Source: an uncultured Oscillospiraceae bacterium (lineage in GTDB: Bacteria; Bacillota; Clostridia; Oscillospirales; Oscillospiraceae). Taken from it: a stretch of 64,000 bases of DNA. The translations under genes and the position numbers were made by a program. Below the pieces are notes generated by a model. It was not told the origin of the DNA. It made no database searches and saw only the letters and a program-made list of their open reading frames with translations. Shown one piece after another: positions 1 to 8,665 of the stretch (position 1 is the first letter of the stretch; each line of letters begins with the position of its first letter). Where the stretch lies: positions 9,912 to 73,911 of the forward strand of contig CAAEEO010000004.1 of assembly GCA_900754965.1 (NCBI GenBank), given 5' to 3'.

Positions 1-346
1 GATCCTGCGGAAGGTATCGGATGCGCTCAAAAATGAGATTGGCTCGCTCCAGCTCTGTGACTGGCATGGCCACATCTACCACCTTGCCCCGCCCATCTGA
101 ATCCCGGATGACAGAAAACAGGATCTTCTGTTTGACCGCTCTCTGCTTGAATGCCTGATACTGTTCCGGCGACATGGGGAACATTCGGATATCCCGTGTC
201 TCCCGGAGCATTTTTCCCATGTTGACCTTCCCGGATAGGGTCTTGTGATGCTTTGCCAAAGCCAGCGTGATGGCCAGTAGATTTTTGAGAGCAGATGCAC
301 CCAACCGAACTGTCACTTCTGTGCCGGTCAACATCATGCGAACCAT
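1..346 (-). CDS. PcfB-like conjugation protein, N-terminal part (runs off the left edge)
   Basis: My own translation of the minus strand gives an open frame from ATG 346 (or 337/334) to position 1: MVRMMLTGTEVTVRLGASALKNLLAITLALAKHHKTLSGKVNMGKMLRE...FSVIRDSDGRGKVV. It lies just downstream of the relaxase. The resemblance to PcfB-family proteins is from memory. The track ORF 76..300 is in another frame. Confidence 0.5.
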   Translation of the reverse strand, partial: MVRMMLTGTEVTVRLGASALKNLLAITLALAKHHKTLSGKVNMGKMLRETRDIRMFPMSPEQYQAFKQRAVKQKILFSVIRDSDGRGKVVDVAMPVTELERANLIFERIRYLPQD

Positions 347-359
347 CTGGTCGGCAGCC

Positions 360-1766
360 TCACCGCCTCCGATGTTCATCGTGCTCCACCTCTTTTCCTC
401 TTGTTTCAGTTTTGCGGATATCTTCTTCCATCTGCTTACTTGCCGTCTGGATTTCCCGGCACAGGGCCAGCTTTTTGCGTTCTGCGCGGATCTGCCGGTT
501 TAGCTCGGCAAGCTGGTTATACACCTCCGTTTTTTCTTGTGTCAGATGCTCAGAGGGGATGCCGCACCGTTCCAATAGGCGCACGGCTTGCATGTAGCGG
601 GCAAACTCTTCCTCCATGCCGGACAGCCCCTTCTCATAGCATACCTTGGCCGGTGCCAGCGCCTCCACATCCGCCAGGGCGTCGTACAGCGCCTGCCGCT
701 TCTTTTTGCGCACATTGAGGATGGTGCGCTGCTTCATCAGATTGGCCAGAGTTTCCTCTGTGCGGCTTTGGTAGGCGGTCATTTCGTCAGTGGTGGAAAT
801 GTTGTTCTCTCGCAGGAAAGCAAACTGTGTTCGATACTTCTCAAACTTCATGACTTCCTGCCGCAGGTGCGGCGTCATCCTGGGGGGATACTGTCGCTGT
901 TCGATTTTTCCCAGCAGGTAGAGATAATGAACGTACAGGGCCAAAAAGCCCGTGTATTTGGGGTGTCTGCGGTAGGGACGAAACATGGGTCTGTCCGCAA
1001 AAGCGGCCCGTTGACCTGTCTCGATTTCCTCCAAATTGCCCAGGATGGCGGCACGGATACCGTCCTCTGTGAATGCGGCATTTTTTCTGCCTGGATACTG
1101 AAACCGCTCCTGCCCCCGCAGACGGAATCCCAGACGGTTTCCGTGGCGGATCTCGTAGCCCTTGTGCTCCATGAGCAGGAAGAAGTGTCCCAGGTCATTG
1201 GCGTCCTCAATGGACTCCTGGAGATCCGCCTCCAGCATGGAGCGAAAGGTAGGTTGACCCTTGGATTGACGCAGCCACTCCACATAGCTCATGGATTTGG
1301 AGGTCTCGCCAGAGAGGATCACAGAGAGGCCGTGCTCCCGGCACAGCCGGTCTGAGATGGCCCGGATCTGGCAGTAATAGCTTCTGGCATTGCTATGATA
1401 TTTCTCGCCGGTGTCCGCATTCACGGAGTTGAACACAATGTGTGAGTGGATGTGCCCCCGATCCACATGGGTAGCAATTACTGCCTCGTAACCGTTCAGA
1501 TGCTCCGCAGCGAAAGTCTTGGCAATTTCCAGAGCCAGCTCGGGAGAGATTTCACCGGGCTTGAAGGACTGGACAATATGGTAATATTGGACGCCCCCCA
1601 TGTTTTCAGTGTCCCGTTTCGTCTCCAGCATCTGACGGCATTCCCGGCCTGGCTCACAGCCCTGATGGGCGGTGAGGATCTTCTGCTCCGTCTTATCGCC
1701 GTTGAGGATGTAGTCGATCCCGATATCCAGCCGACCTTTTCGGGCCAGGATCTTCGTGACAGCCAT
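360..1766 (-). CDS. Relaxase/mobilization nuclease (MobA/VirD2-type)
   Basis: 468 aa. N-terminal relaxase domain with the histidine triad HVDRGHIHSHIVFNSV and a C-terminal coiled-coil-like region. The start overlaps the mobC stop. Confidence 0.9.
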   Translation of the reverse strand: MAVTKILARKGRLDIGIDYILNGDKTEQKILTAHQGCEPGRECRQMLETKRDTENMGGVQYYHIVQSFKPGEISPELALEIAKTFAAEHLNGYEAVIATHVDRGHIHSHIVFNSVNADTGEKYHSNARSYYCQIRAISDRLCREHGLSVILSGETSKSMSYVEWLRQSKGQPTFRSMLEADLQESIEDANDLGHFFLLMEHKGYEIRHGNRLGFRLRGQERFQYPGRKNAAFTEDGIRAAILGNLEEIETGQRAAFADRPMFRPYRRHPKYTGFLALYVHYLYLLGKIEQRQYPPRMTPHLRQEVMKFEKYRTQFAFLRENNISTTDEMTAYQSRTEETLANLMKQRTILNVRKKKRQALYDALADVEALAPAKVCYEKGLSGMEEEFARYMQAVRLLERCGIPSEHLTQEKTEVYNQLAELNRQIRAERKKLALCREIQTASKQMEEDIRKTETRGKEVEHDEHRRR

Positions 1767-2113
1767 TACGGATTGGCCACCTGGTACATCAACTCATAGA
1801 CTTTATCCAGCAGGAACAGTCCACGCCTGGCATCCTCTGCCGTGGCGATACCGGCATTGACGCTGCGGGCGATCTGGTTGATGTTATTGCCGATGTGATG
1901 GATCTCCGTGCGGAGGTCCTTGATTTCCTGGGAGGGTCTGGCCCGGATCGGAGTCCCGTCGATGAGCCGGATGATATAAGCCCGTTTACACAGCCCGCAG
2001 AGTTTGGCCTGACGGCAGAGCTGCTGATACTGCTCCGCCGTCAGCTCAATGTGCAGATGGTGTTTTTCTTTTGGGAGCTCCAAGCGTGCCTCCTTTCTGC
2101 GGCTCTGCCGCAA
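1766..2113 (-). CDS. mobC: MobC-family relaxosome accessory protein
   Basis: MobC-like motif EIHHIGNNINQIARSVN. Sits directly upstream of the relaxase. A likelier start is TTG at 2083, 5 nt after AAAGGAGG. Confidence 0.85.
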   Translation of the reverse strand: MRQSRRKEARLELPKEKHHLHIELTAEQYQQLCRQAKLCGLCKRAYIIRLIDGTPIRARPSQEIKDLRTEIHHIGNNINQIARSVNAGIATAEDARRGLFLLDKVYELMYQVANP

Positions 2114-2296
2114 ACCTTCCGCCTGCAGGCGGCATTGGGGTCAGGGGTTTCCCCTGCAAGCGCGCAAAATGTACATTTGCGCTATGCTTGCCCAACGCCG
2201 CCCCTGGCGGCGTTGGCTCGGCCCCGCCGAAGCGGGGCCTTTTCTCATGCGGTAGGTGGTTTATGATCTGGGCAGGCAGAGCCTGCCAACTCATCG
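2114..2296. other. Candidate oriT / mobC promoter region with a dense array of GC-rich inverted repeats
   Basis: Inverted repeats: CCGCCTGCAGGCGG 2119-2132; CAGGGG-ttt-CCCCTG 2143-2157; GCGCAAA-n7-TTTGCGC 2162-2182; CCAACGCCGCC-cct-GGCGGCGTTGG 2192-2216; GGCCCCGC-cgaa-GCGGGGCC 2220-2239; GGCAGGC-aga-GCCTGCC near 2271-2287. Position upstream of mobC-relaxase is typical for oriT. The nic site was not identified. Confidence 0.4.
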
Positions 2297-2332
2297 AAAA
2301 AGAAAAATCACCGCTCTGGGCCAGAGCGGTGA
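2296..2332 (-). terminator. Rho-independent terminator (second of two after the MTase operon)
   Basis: TCACCGCTCTGG / CCAGAGCGGTGA perfect 12-bp arms (2308-2332), followed on the minus strand by TTTTTCTTTTT. Confidence 0.6.
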
Positions 2333-2416
2333 TGTCTGCCTTGCAGGCTGGAATGCTCAATATTCCTCTGACATGCTCATCTCCGTACAAGGGTGTCTAT
2401 GTTAGCACCCTGAAGG

Positions 2417-2457
2417 TTAAAAAATCCGGGCAGGGGGTCTAATGTGACACCCTGCCC
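2417..2457 (-). terminator. Rho-independent terminator after the methyltransferase gene
   Basis: GGGCAGGG...CCCTGCCC stem (2428-2457), followed on the minus strand by GGATTTTTT. Confidence 0.65.
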
Positions 2458-2513
2458 AAACTATAATATATTATCAGAAAACTCATCAACGACAATCGGC
2501 AGATAGTACGCCG

Positions 2514-3263
2514 TCACGCACCCTGGGCCAGTTCCCGCTCAATCCGTTCCTTGGACAGGGCGGCGTAGGCATCCGTAACCTCAATGCCGGTGGCGGAGTA
2601 ACCCTCCAGCACGGCAGCCAGCACCGTGCTGCCGGAACCGGCAAAGGGGTCCAGAATATGTCCGCCCGGCTCGGTGATCTTCACCACATCCCGCATGAGC
2701 TGCAAGGGCTTTTCCGTCAGGTGGATGCGGTTCTGGGGATTGCCATACTTGAATACGCCGGGCAGACAGGGGACAGGTCTGCTGATAGGCATATCCCCGT
2801 TGGAACCCCAGACAATGTACTCAGCCTGCTGGCGGAAACGGCCCTTCTGGGGACGGCTGTTGCCTTTGTCCCATACAGCGGTACCGCGCCAGATCCACCC
2901 CGCCCACTGGAGCGCATCAGTGGCTGCGGGGAGCTGCCGCCAGTCGATAAACATGCACACAGGGGCACCGGGTTTACAGACCTTGCGGGCGTCATAGAGC
3001 CATTCGGCGGCCCAGCGGGTCCAGGATCGCTGATCCTTGGAGTCGCCGTCAAAGGGAGGGGGTGCGCTTTCCCCCATGCTGGAATATTTCTTGTCGGTGG
3101 ACTTGTTTTTCTCCGCCTGGGTCCGACCCCCGGAGGCATAGGGGGGGTCGGTGATGACCGCATCGAAGGTATTAGGGGCAAACTCGCGCAGGACCTTCAG
3201 CGCGTCGCCGTGGATAATCTCCCAACTGGGACGGATCGCAGTGATGTTATCGCTCATAGGCAT
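2514..3263 (-). CDS. Orphan beta-class N6-adenine/N4-cytosine DNA methyltransferase
   Basis: Motif IV ITDPPYASGG precedes motif I DPFAGSGST. No restriction endonuclease partner nearby. Probable start is ATG 3263 (MPMSDNIT), preceded by GGAGAA. The longer track ORF to 3413 overlaps the upstream gene. Confidence 0.9.
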   Translation of the reverse strand: MPMSDNITAIRPSWEIIHGDALKVLREFAPNTFDAVITDPPYASGGRTQAEKNKSTDKKYSSMGESAPPPFDGDSKDQRSWTRWAAEWLYDARKVCKPGAPVCMFIDWRQLPAATDALQWAGWIWRGTAVWDKGNSRPQKGRFRQQAEYIVWGSNGDMPISRPVPCLPGVFKYGNPQNRIHLTEKPLQLMRDVVKITEPGGHILDPFAGSGSTVLAAVLEGYSATGIEVTDAYAALSKERIERELAQGA

Positions 3264-3840
3264 GTTTCTCCTTCTTTCCTTTGGATTGATCTTGGAGCGC
3301 GGGCAGTTCCGTCTCCACATATTCGCTGATGATACACAGCGCCTCATGATAACTGTGGCAATTCCCTCCGGTGATGCGGCCACACATCTCTTTGGCCTGG
3401 GCGCCCATGCCATGCTCCCGGAGCGTTCTGGACGCTGCCCCCATCAGGTTGAAGATGTTACCGTCTTGTTCAATCAGCGAACAGTACGGTTTCGATCGCT
3501 CCTGCTGGTGGGGCTGCTCCAGGAAACCACCCAGCCGATTGGGTACATAGTCGGACAGCCAAGTGCCTCCAAACTGGCTGTGTGTCTGAATCCGCCACAT
3601 CGCAAGCTTTCCCACATTCAGCTGAACCCCCTCAAAAGAGAACAGCAGGTTTGTGAGACCGTCGTGCTGGAATGTAGCCGCGTTTTCGAACTTGGAGCCG
3701 TTCAGCAGGATTCCTTCCTGAGTAAGCAGCTCGTTGATGCCGTCCACCCATTCCTGAAGGTCGCCGCCGCAGCCCTGGAGGATCAGCCCCTCCTCATCGG
3801 TCATGTGCCGCAAGTCCTCCGTGGTCTTTTCTCGGATCAT
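3247..3840 (-). CDS. Hypothetical protein (conserved MGE protein, function unknown)
   Basis: 197-aa ORF. ATGA start/stop overlap with the upstream gene and a 17-nt overlap with the MTase gene. No motif recognised. Confidence 0.6.
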   Translation of the reverse strand: MIREKTTEDLRHMTDEEGLILQGCGGDLQEWVDGINELLTQEGILLNGSKFENAATFQHDGLTNLLFSFEGVQLNVGKLAMWRIQTHSQFGGTWLSDYVPNRLGGFLEQPHQQERSKPYCSLIEQDGNIFNLMGAASRTLREHGMGAQAKEMCGRITGGNCHSYHEALCIISEYVETELPALQDQSKGKKEKHAYER

Positions 3841-4616
3841 TTGACCTCCTCGCGCTTGGCGCTTTTCTTTCTTCTGGGCGAAGTGCGTCCCTTCGTTTTC
3901 AAATCGGTTACCACTGGGATATCCAGTTTATTGGCGCGATGGATCTCCGCCCACATCCCTTCCGTGACCGGTCCATAGACATTGACCTGCTGGCACTTTT
4001 CTACCAGCCGAAGGCCCATCTCCCGTGCGGACTGATCCTGCACCGGATCGCCCGGATCTGCGATGGGCGGGAACATGAGATGGGGGCAGACTGGGATGTC
4101 GCCCGCCTGAAAGACTTCCTGGGCTTTCTGCCTGGCGAACGCAATGTTTTTCTCTACCTCGCCTCGGAGGGGCGCACAAATGTACACCAATTTGGGGCCA
4201 TGGTCCTTCGCCGGGACTTGAATACGGAAGGTCTCCACATAGTCGCTGGCCATTTGCCGGAGCTGCCGGTAGTCCTCCTGGGAGGGATGGTAGGCATACC
4301 AATCGATCCGGTTACCATCTACCCAAATATGCGGATCAACGCCATCCCGCAGGTAGGGGTTGTTGGGGATATTCTGTTTCCCCCATACATCCTTGAACCG
4401 AAGAGTCAGCTTGTCCACCACACCCTGGTCGTTGTCCAGCAGCGTCAGGCGGAGAGCCGCATAGTGATCCGCATGACCCAGTGTAACAAATTCAGCCCTC
4501 ACCTGACGGTTTCTGTCCAAGCCACCCAGGCAGGCACGGCCTACAAAGACCGGATCATGGATCACAGCTCCGTCCGCAAACAGTTTGCGGAGTTCCTGCT
4601 CAAAAAAGTTGCTCAT
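3837..4616 (-). CDS. Fusion protein: unknown N-terminal half plus DUF4406-like (nucleoside 2-deoxyribosyltransferase-like fold) C-terminal half
   Basis: The C-terminal KLVYICAPLRGEVEKNIAFARQKAQEVFQAGDIPVCPHLMFPP...VNVYGPVTEGMWAEIHRANKLDIPV matches my memory of the DUF4406 pattern. ATGA overlaps at both ends. Confidence 0.55.
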   Translation of the reverse strand: MSNFFEQELRKLFADGAVIHDPVFVGRACLGGLDRNRQVRAEFVTLGHADHYAALRLTLLDNDQGVVDKLTLRFKDVWGKQNIPNNPYLRDGVDPHIWVDGNRIDWYAYHPSQEDYRQLRQMASDYVETFRIQVPAKDHGPKLVYICAPLRGEVEKNIAFARQKAQEVFQAGDIPVCPHLMFPPIADPGDPVQDQSAREMGLRLVEKCQQVNVYGPVTEGMWAEIHRANKLDIPVVTDLKTKGRTSPRRKKSAKREEVK

Positions 4617-5248
4617 CTGCTCATCTCACAGCCTTTCTGTTTTTGGGGCGTGGGAGGGGACGGTTGTTGAGGAGCCAGTTCGTCTCGGGACGAATCCCGG
4701 ATCACAGAACGGTTTTTCCCGCTGATCACCAGGGTGTCCAGTGTATCGTTGCGGATTTCCTCACCGCTGATCACCAATGCGCTGCCTGTCAGACGCACAT
4801 CCCCGGATACTTTGCCATAGACCGCGCAGTGGCCGGACAGAATGGGAACGCCCATGGTATCTTTGTCATTGAGGATCATGGAAAAACCGGAGGCCCTGGC
4901 AGAGGCGCTGAGTACAGCGCCGCGTATATAGGCATTGTCCTCTACCCGCGCATGGCCGGAAAGGACAGCGCCCATAGAGATATAAGCGTTGTCGCAGACG
5001 ACCGCCTCTCCGCGCAGGACAGCCCCCTTGTCAACATAGGCGTCATTGCAGGCAATAGCATCGTCAAAGATCCATGCGGTATCGTCCGGCTCAAAGGAAA
5101 GGTTGCTCTCGCTCTCCACGAAGCCACCTAAATCACCGGCTCTGACCTCCGCACTCACATCTCGGAGTGCCCGGATACGATGAAGGAAGGGATACTTTTC
5201 GTGCGAGATCTCCGTGATCTCATATTTCTGATTGCTCGTTGTTCTCAT
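4613..5248 (-). CDS. YdcK-like left-handed beta-helix repeat protein
   Basis: 18-residue periodicity (AIACNDAYVDKGAVLRGE / AVVCDNAYISMGAVLSGH / ARVEDNAYIRGAVLS). N-terminal LHRIRALRDV..VRAGDLGGFVESESNLS resembles YdcK-family proteins. Confidence 0.6.
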   Translation of the reverse strand: MRTTSNQKYEITEISHEKYPFLHRIRALRDVSAEVRAGDLGGFVESESNLSFEPDDTAWIFDDAIACNDAYVDKGAVLRGEAVVCDNAYISMGAVLSGHARVEDNAYIRGAVLSASARASGFSMILNDKDTMGVPILSGHCAVYGKVSGDVRLTGSALVISGEEIRNDTLDTLVISGKNRSVIRDSSRDELAPQQPSPPTPQKQKGCEMSR

Positions 5249-5256
5249 CTCCTTTT

Positions 5257-6000
5257 TTATGCAGCATTTTGGAACAGACTCTCCTGCGCATCTTCCAGAC
5301 GGAACTCCGCGTCAATGTCGGAGAAGGTCTCACTGCGATTGAATTTCTCGCTCACCTTGTTGGGCAAGGCCTGCAGCTCCAACATCCGTTCCCACAGGTT
5401 TGGGTGGTAGTTATAGAGATGGCGCAGTTCTTTTCTTTTGGCGTTAGGGCAGAACCAACAGCCCCCGCGGGTTGTAAATGTGTAGACAGGCGAAAGCAGC
5501 CCTGCCCGCTGGCAGAGCTGCTTTGCATCTCCCTCTGTGCAGTTGTACTTGTCCAGTAAGGAGACCCGGTTCCCGGCCAATCGAAGCAGCCGTTCCTGCT
5601 CGTCCTTGGCGATCCCAATATACTGAACTGTGTCGGGCGGCAGCGATTTTTGGTATCGCAGGATCGGTTTCAGCTTGCAATCTCTCTGAACAGCACACCG
5701 TCCGCAGATGGGGAAAGAACGCAGAAGGCCCTTCTTGGGACCGCGGGTGATTTTGCCTGTGAAGAGATCCACATACGTTTTCTCACTGCGCAGGACGGTT
5801 ACCTTCACACCCCTGCGTTCTAAAGCCGGAATGGCGGTGGTGTAGATAAAATCTCGGTGTTCCGGCACCTCGCCGGAGATCTCCTTGTCGAACATGACCT
5901 CACAATATACTACCTCATCCAGAGGCTCCCCATGTTCCAGAGCCAGTAATATGGTGGCAAGACTGTCCTTACCAAAGGAACAGGAGGCGATATGTTTCAA
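5257..6000 (-). CDS. PAPS reductase-like PP-loop ATPase family protein
   Basis: PP-loop CSFGKDSLA near the N-terminus and C-terminal cysteines RGGCWFCPNA. Probable TTG start at 6000 forms TTGA with the metK stop. The track ATG at 6042 would overlap metK by 46 nt. Confidence 0.8.
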   Translation of the reverse strand: MKHIASCSFGKDSLATILLALEHGEPLDEVVYCEVMFDKEISGEVPEHRDFIYTTAIPALERRGVKVTVLRSEKTYVDLFTGKITRGPKKGLLRSFPICGRCAVQRDCKLKPILRYQKSLPPDTVQYIGIAKDEQERLLRLAGNRVSLLDKYNCTEGDAKQLCQRAGLLSPVYTFTTRGGCWFCPNAKRKELRHLYNYHPNLWERMLELQALPNKVSEKFNRSETFSDIDAEFRLEDAQESLFQNAA

Positions 6001-7148
6001 CGGTCCGACACACCTGCTTCCTTGATGCGACAGGCGTTGCACAGTACCTCCGCTTTGTCCGTCTGCTCCCAGGGAGCGTCCGGATGGGTAAAGTGGCCAT
6101 AGTTACAGAACTGAGCGAAGATGGGCTTGTCCAGTCCGAGGGTGTGACGCATCCCGGCGGGGGTCAGGTCAAAGACCGCCCGGACGGCCTGTTCCAGCAC
6201 ATCATCCCGGTATTCGCCGGTCCCATCGGTGTCCACGTTGACCGCCACGGGTTCAGCCTTGCCAATGGCATAGGCCAGGGCGACGGTACAGCGATCCGCC
6301 AGACCGGCAGATACAATGCTTTTTGCAATATAGCGGGCCATGTAGGCTCCGCTGCGGTCCACCTTGGTGGAGTCTTTACCAGACAGCGCGCCGCCGCCGT
6401 GAGGGGCCAGTCCGCCATAGGTATCCACCATCAGCTTGCGGCCCGTGAGGCCGGTATCCGCCTCAAATCCGCCGTAGACAAACCGCCCGGATGGATTGAT
6501 CAGGATCTCTGTATTCGTATCGGGCGGCAGCTCCCGCAGTGCGGGCTGGATCACATGGTCCATGAGTTCCGCCTGCAGCTGGCCCAGATCTTTCTCCGGG
6601 TCATGCTGGCAGGACAGAACCACCGATGCAAGACGTACGGGGATATCGAAGTTGTACTCCACAGACACCTGCGCCTTGCCGTCCGGACGCAGGCCCTGGA
6701 TCATCCCGGTTTTTCTGGCGTTGGTCAGCAGCCGGGTGAGCCGGTGGGCCAGGATGACCGGCAGAGGAAGATAGGATTCTGTCTCATCACAGGCAAAGCC
6801 ATACATGATCCCCTGGTCGCCAGCCCCGGTCTGGACTCCTTCCCGCACAGCGTGAGCAATATCATCGCTCTGATCGTGGGTGATGACCTCGATCTCATAG
6901 TCCAGCCCAGTGTACCCAGCTTCCCGGATGGTCCGGCAGACAATGGAGGGGATATCCGGCATGACCTTTGCCGAGATCTCTCCGGCCACCAGCACTTTGC
7001 CAGCTGTGGCCAGTACTTCGCAGGCCACATGGGCGGAGGAGTCACCCTTCAGACAGGCATCCAGAACAGAATCCGCGATGGTGTCGCAGAGTTTGTCAGG
7101 GTGACCCTCGGTAACAGACTCTGCGGTCAGAATGTATTTATCTCTCAT
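5997..7148 (-). CDS. metK: S-adenosylmethionine synthetase, element-borne copy
   Basis: 383 aa, full length. Motifs ESVTEGHPDKLCD, GAGDQGIMYGFA, GGGALSGKD. Confidence 0.95.
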   Translation of the reverse strand: MRDKYILTAESVTEGHPDKLCDTIADSVLDACLKGDSSAHVACEVLATAGKVLVAGEISAKVMPDIPSIVCRTIREAGYTGLDYEIEVITHDQSDDIAHAVREGVQTGAGDQGIMYGFACDETESYLPLPVILAHRLTRLLTNARKTGMIQGLRPDGKAQVSVEYNFDIPVRLASVVLSCQHDPEKDLGQLQAELMDHVIQPALRELPPDTNTEILINPSGRFVYGGFEADTGLTGRKLMVDTYGGLAPHGGGALSGKDSTKVDRSGAYMARYIAKSIVSAGLADRCTVALAYAIGKAEPVAVNVDTDGTGEYRDDVLEQAVRAVFDLTPAGMRHTLGLDKPIFAQFCNYGHFTHPDAPWEQTDKAEVLCNACRIKEAGVSDR

Positions 7149-7569
7149 AGTCAGTTTTCCCTTTCTTTTTTATGTGTTGGTCGCCAACGATCCGTCCCTG
7201 TTCTCCGGCTGCCGTTCGCACAGGAAGGATCTGCATGTTGTCGTACAGGGACTTGTATCGCTGAATCTGCTCATCCGTCAGGGAAATAAAGTCCTCCTGA
7301 CCAAGCCCAGCGATGAAGAAGGTCCCGCAGATGATGTCATAGGGCAGGCGATCTTCATCCAGCAATGGGCGGTTCATCGGCAGACCAAGGAGCTTTCCCT
7401 CAGAATTGCATACCAGGGCAACCGGCTCTTGGAACGGGTACACGGCTTCAATATCTCCGCCTACGATCCGCTGCATATCTGCGAGACTATTGATCTCCTG
7501 CACACGGCAGGGCTTTTGCGGTTCTACAACTAAGGCAATACCGCACAAATAGCGTATAGGGAGAGCCAT
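7138..7569 (-). pseudogene. DUF3846 domain protein, 5' end displaced by an IS5 insertion (current ORF starts inside the IS end)
   Basis: Present ORF is MALPIRYLCGIALVVEPQKPCRVQEIN. Removing 7534-8665 plus one CTAA copy restores ATG(8678) AAA GTA TTA GTT GTA GAA CCG = MKVLVVEPQKP, a typical DUF3846 N-terminus. Confidence 0.7.
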
Positions 7570-8665
7570 AGTAAGCTCGTCTGTAGGGCAGCCAGTATTA
7601 TCCCCTCAGTTCGCCTGGCAGGGCGCATCAACTCAGACTGCCAAGCAGGGCCTGTCAGCCAGGATCAGGTTCGCCAAGGCGAACAGCATATTCAATTTAG
7701 CGGTCTGCTTCCGCAGGCCCCGGTACCGTGTCTTTCGGTATCGGAACCGACCCTTGACGACCGCAAATACGTGTTCCACTTTAGCGCGAATAGATGACTT
7801 TTCGTGCTCTCTGCGCTTGAGCTGGCCCTGTGACCTGGCTGGTTTCTTCCTGATTTGAGAAGGGCGGCGGTTGATCCTGTAGCGGATGCTCCTTCCCTGG
7901 CGATTCCTTCGGATGCTATCCTCCCGTTTGTCCGCACCAAGATACCCGCTGTCTCCATAGACACTTTCTTCGTCACCGGTCAGCAGCTTGGAGGTCATAA
8001 CGACATCATGGGTATTGGCCCCAGTCACCTCAACGGTGTGGACCAGACCGGTATCCTTGTCCACTCCAACGTGCGCCTTGTAGCCGAAGTGCCATGTATT
8101 TCCCTTCTTCACCTGATGCGCGTCCGGGTCCCGCTGCTTTTCCTGATTTTTTGTAGAGGATGGCGCTGCAATGATCGTGGAGTCCACAATGGTCCCTTTT
8201 TTGAGGATAAGTCCTCTTTGCTGCAAAAGCTCCACTACCTGGCGGAACAGCTTCTCCTGCAGCCCATTGAGTATCAGCAGATTCCGAAAACGCCCCAGTG
8301 TATCGCCATCCGGCACCTGGTTGCTGGAGTCCACTCCGCAGAACTCCGAAAAGGCTCGGCTGTCTATGACCTCAGACACTGTTGCTTCGTCCGCCAGATC
8401 ATACAGGTTTTGCAGCAGATAGATCCTCAGCATCCGCTCCAGATCGTAGGGCTTATTGCCGCGTTCCCCCTTGTAGTAGCACGGCCTGATGAGTGTGAGC
8501 CACTCTCCCCACGGGACGATGCGTTCTATCTGCGATAGAAATTCTTTTTTCTTTGTCCGCACCTGCGCCAATTCATCGCTCAGGCCAGACAGACTTACTT
8601 GCTTATCCATGCCTATATTTTACCACACTTACCTTTATTCCGCATCTTTTCTGTGCGGTATTGCC
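7534..8665 (-). mobile_element. IS5-family insertion sequence (1132 bp)
   Basis: Perfect 14-bp terminal inverted repeats: GGCAATACCGCACA at 7534-7547 and its complement at 8652-8665. Flanked by a 4-bp CTAA direct duplication (7530-7533, 8666-8669). Single DDE transposase ORF. Confidence 0.9.
7633..8610 (-). CDS. IS5-family DDE transposase
   Basis: 325 aa. Close resemblance along its length to the E. coli IS5 transposase as I remember it (PWGEWLTLIRPCYYKGERGNKPYDLERMLRIYLLQ, IIAAPSSTKNQEKQRDPDAHQVKKGNTWHFGYKAHVGVD, SIRAKVEHVFAVVKGRF). Confidence 0.95.
   Translation of the reverse strand: MDKQVSLSGLSDELAQVRTKKKEFLSQIERIVPWGEWLTLIRPCYYKGERGNKPYDLERMLRIYLLQNLYDLADEATVSEVIDSRAFSEFCGVDSSNQVPDGDTLGRFRNLLILNGLQEKLFRQVVELLQQRGLILKKGTIVDSTIIAAPSSTKNQEKQRDPDAHQVKKGNTWHFGYKAHVGVDKDTGLVHTVEVTGANTHDVVMTSKLLTGDEESVYGDSGYLGADKREDSIRRNRQGRSIRYRINRRPSQIRKKPARSQGQLKRREHEKSSIRAKVEHVFAVVKGRFRYRKTRYRGLRKQTAKLNMLFALANLILADRPCLAV

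Noticed and set aside
76-300. 74-aa minus-strand ORF from the track
   Set aside because: It is in a different frame from the longer open frame 346 to 1, which looks like a PcfB-family protein. Its composition (W/R/S/C-rich) is unconvincing.
2220-2246. Plus-strand terminator-like hairpin GGCCCCGC-cgaa-GCGGGGCC-TTTTCTC as evidence for an antisense sRNA gene
   Set aside because: I could not find a credible plus-strand promoter upstream of it. It is more simply read as one of the oriT or leader inverted repeats.
2333-2416. Possible small RNA between the two tandem minus-strand terminators
   Set aside because: No acceptable -35/-10 pair with proper spacing was found in this stretch. Two successive terminators alone are not evidence of a gene.
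5997-7148. SAM riboswitch or other leader controlling the element-borne metK
   Set aside because: The metK start overlaps the preceding ORF by 11 nt, so there is no untranslated leader in which a riboswitch could sit.
6084-7289. 401-aa plus-strand ORF opposite metK. Similar plus-strand ORFs inside the element lie at 588-1355, 3151-3978, 12571-13374, 14354-15127, 17468-18547 and 20727-21440.
   Set aside because: All are antisense to minus-strand genes that have strong motif support. The element is otherwise strictly unidirectional, and none shows a recognisable motif.
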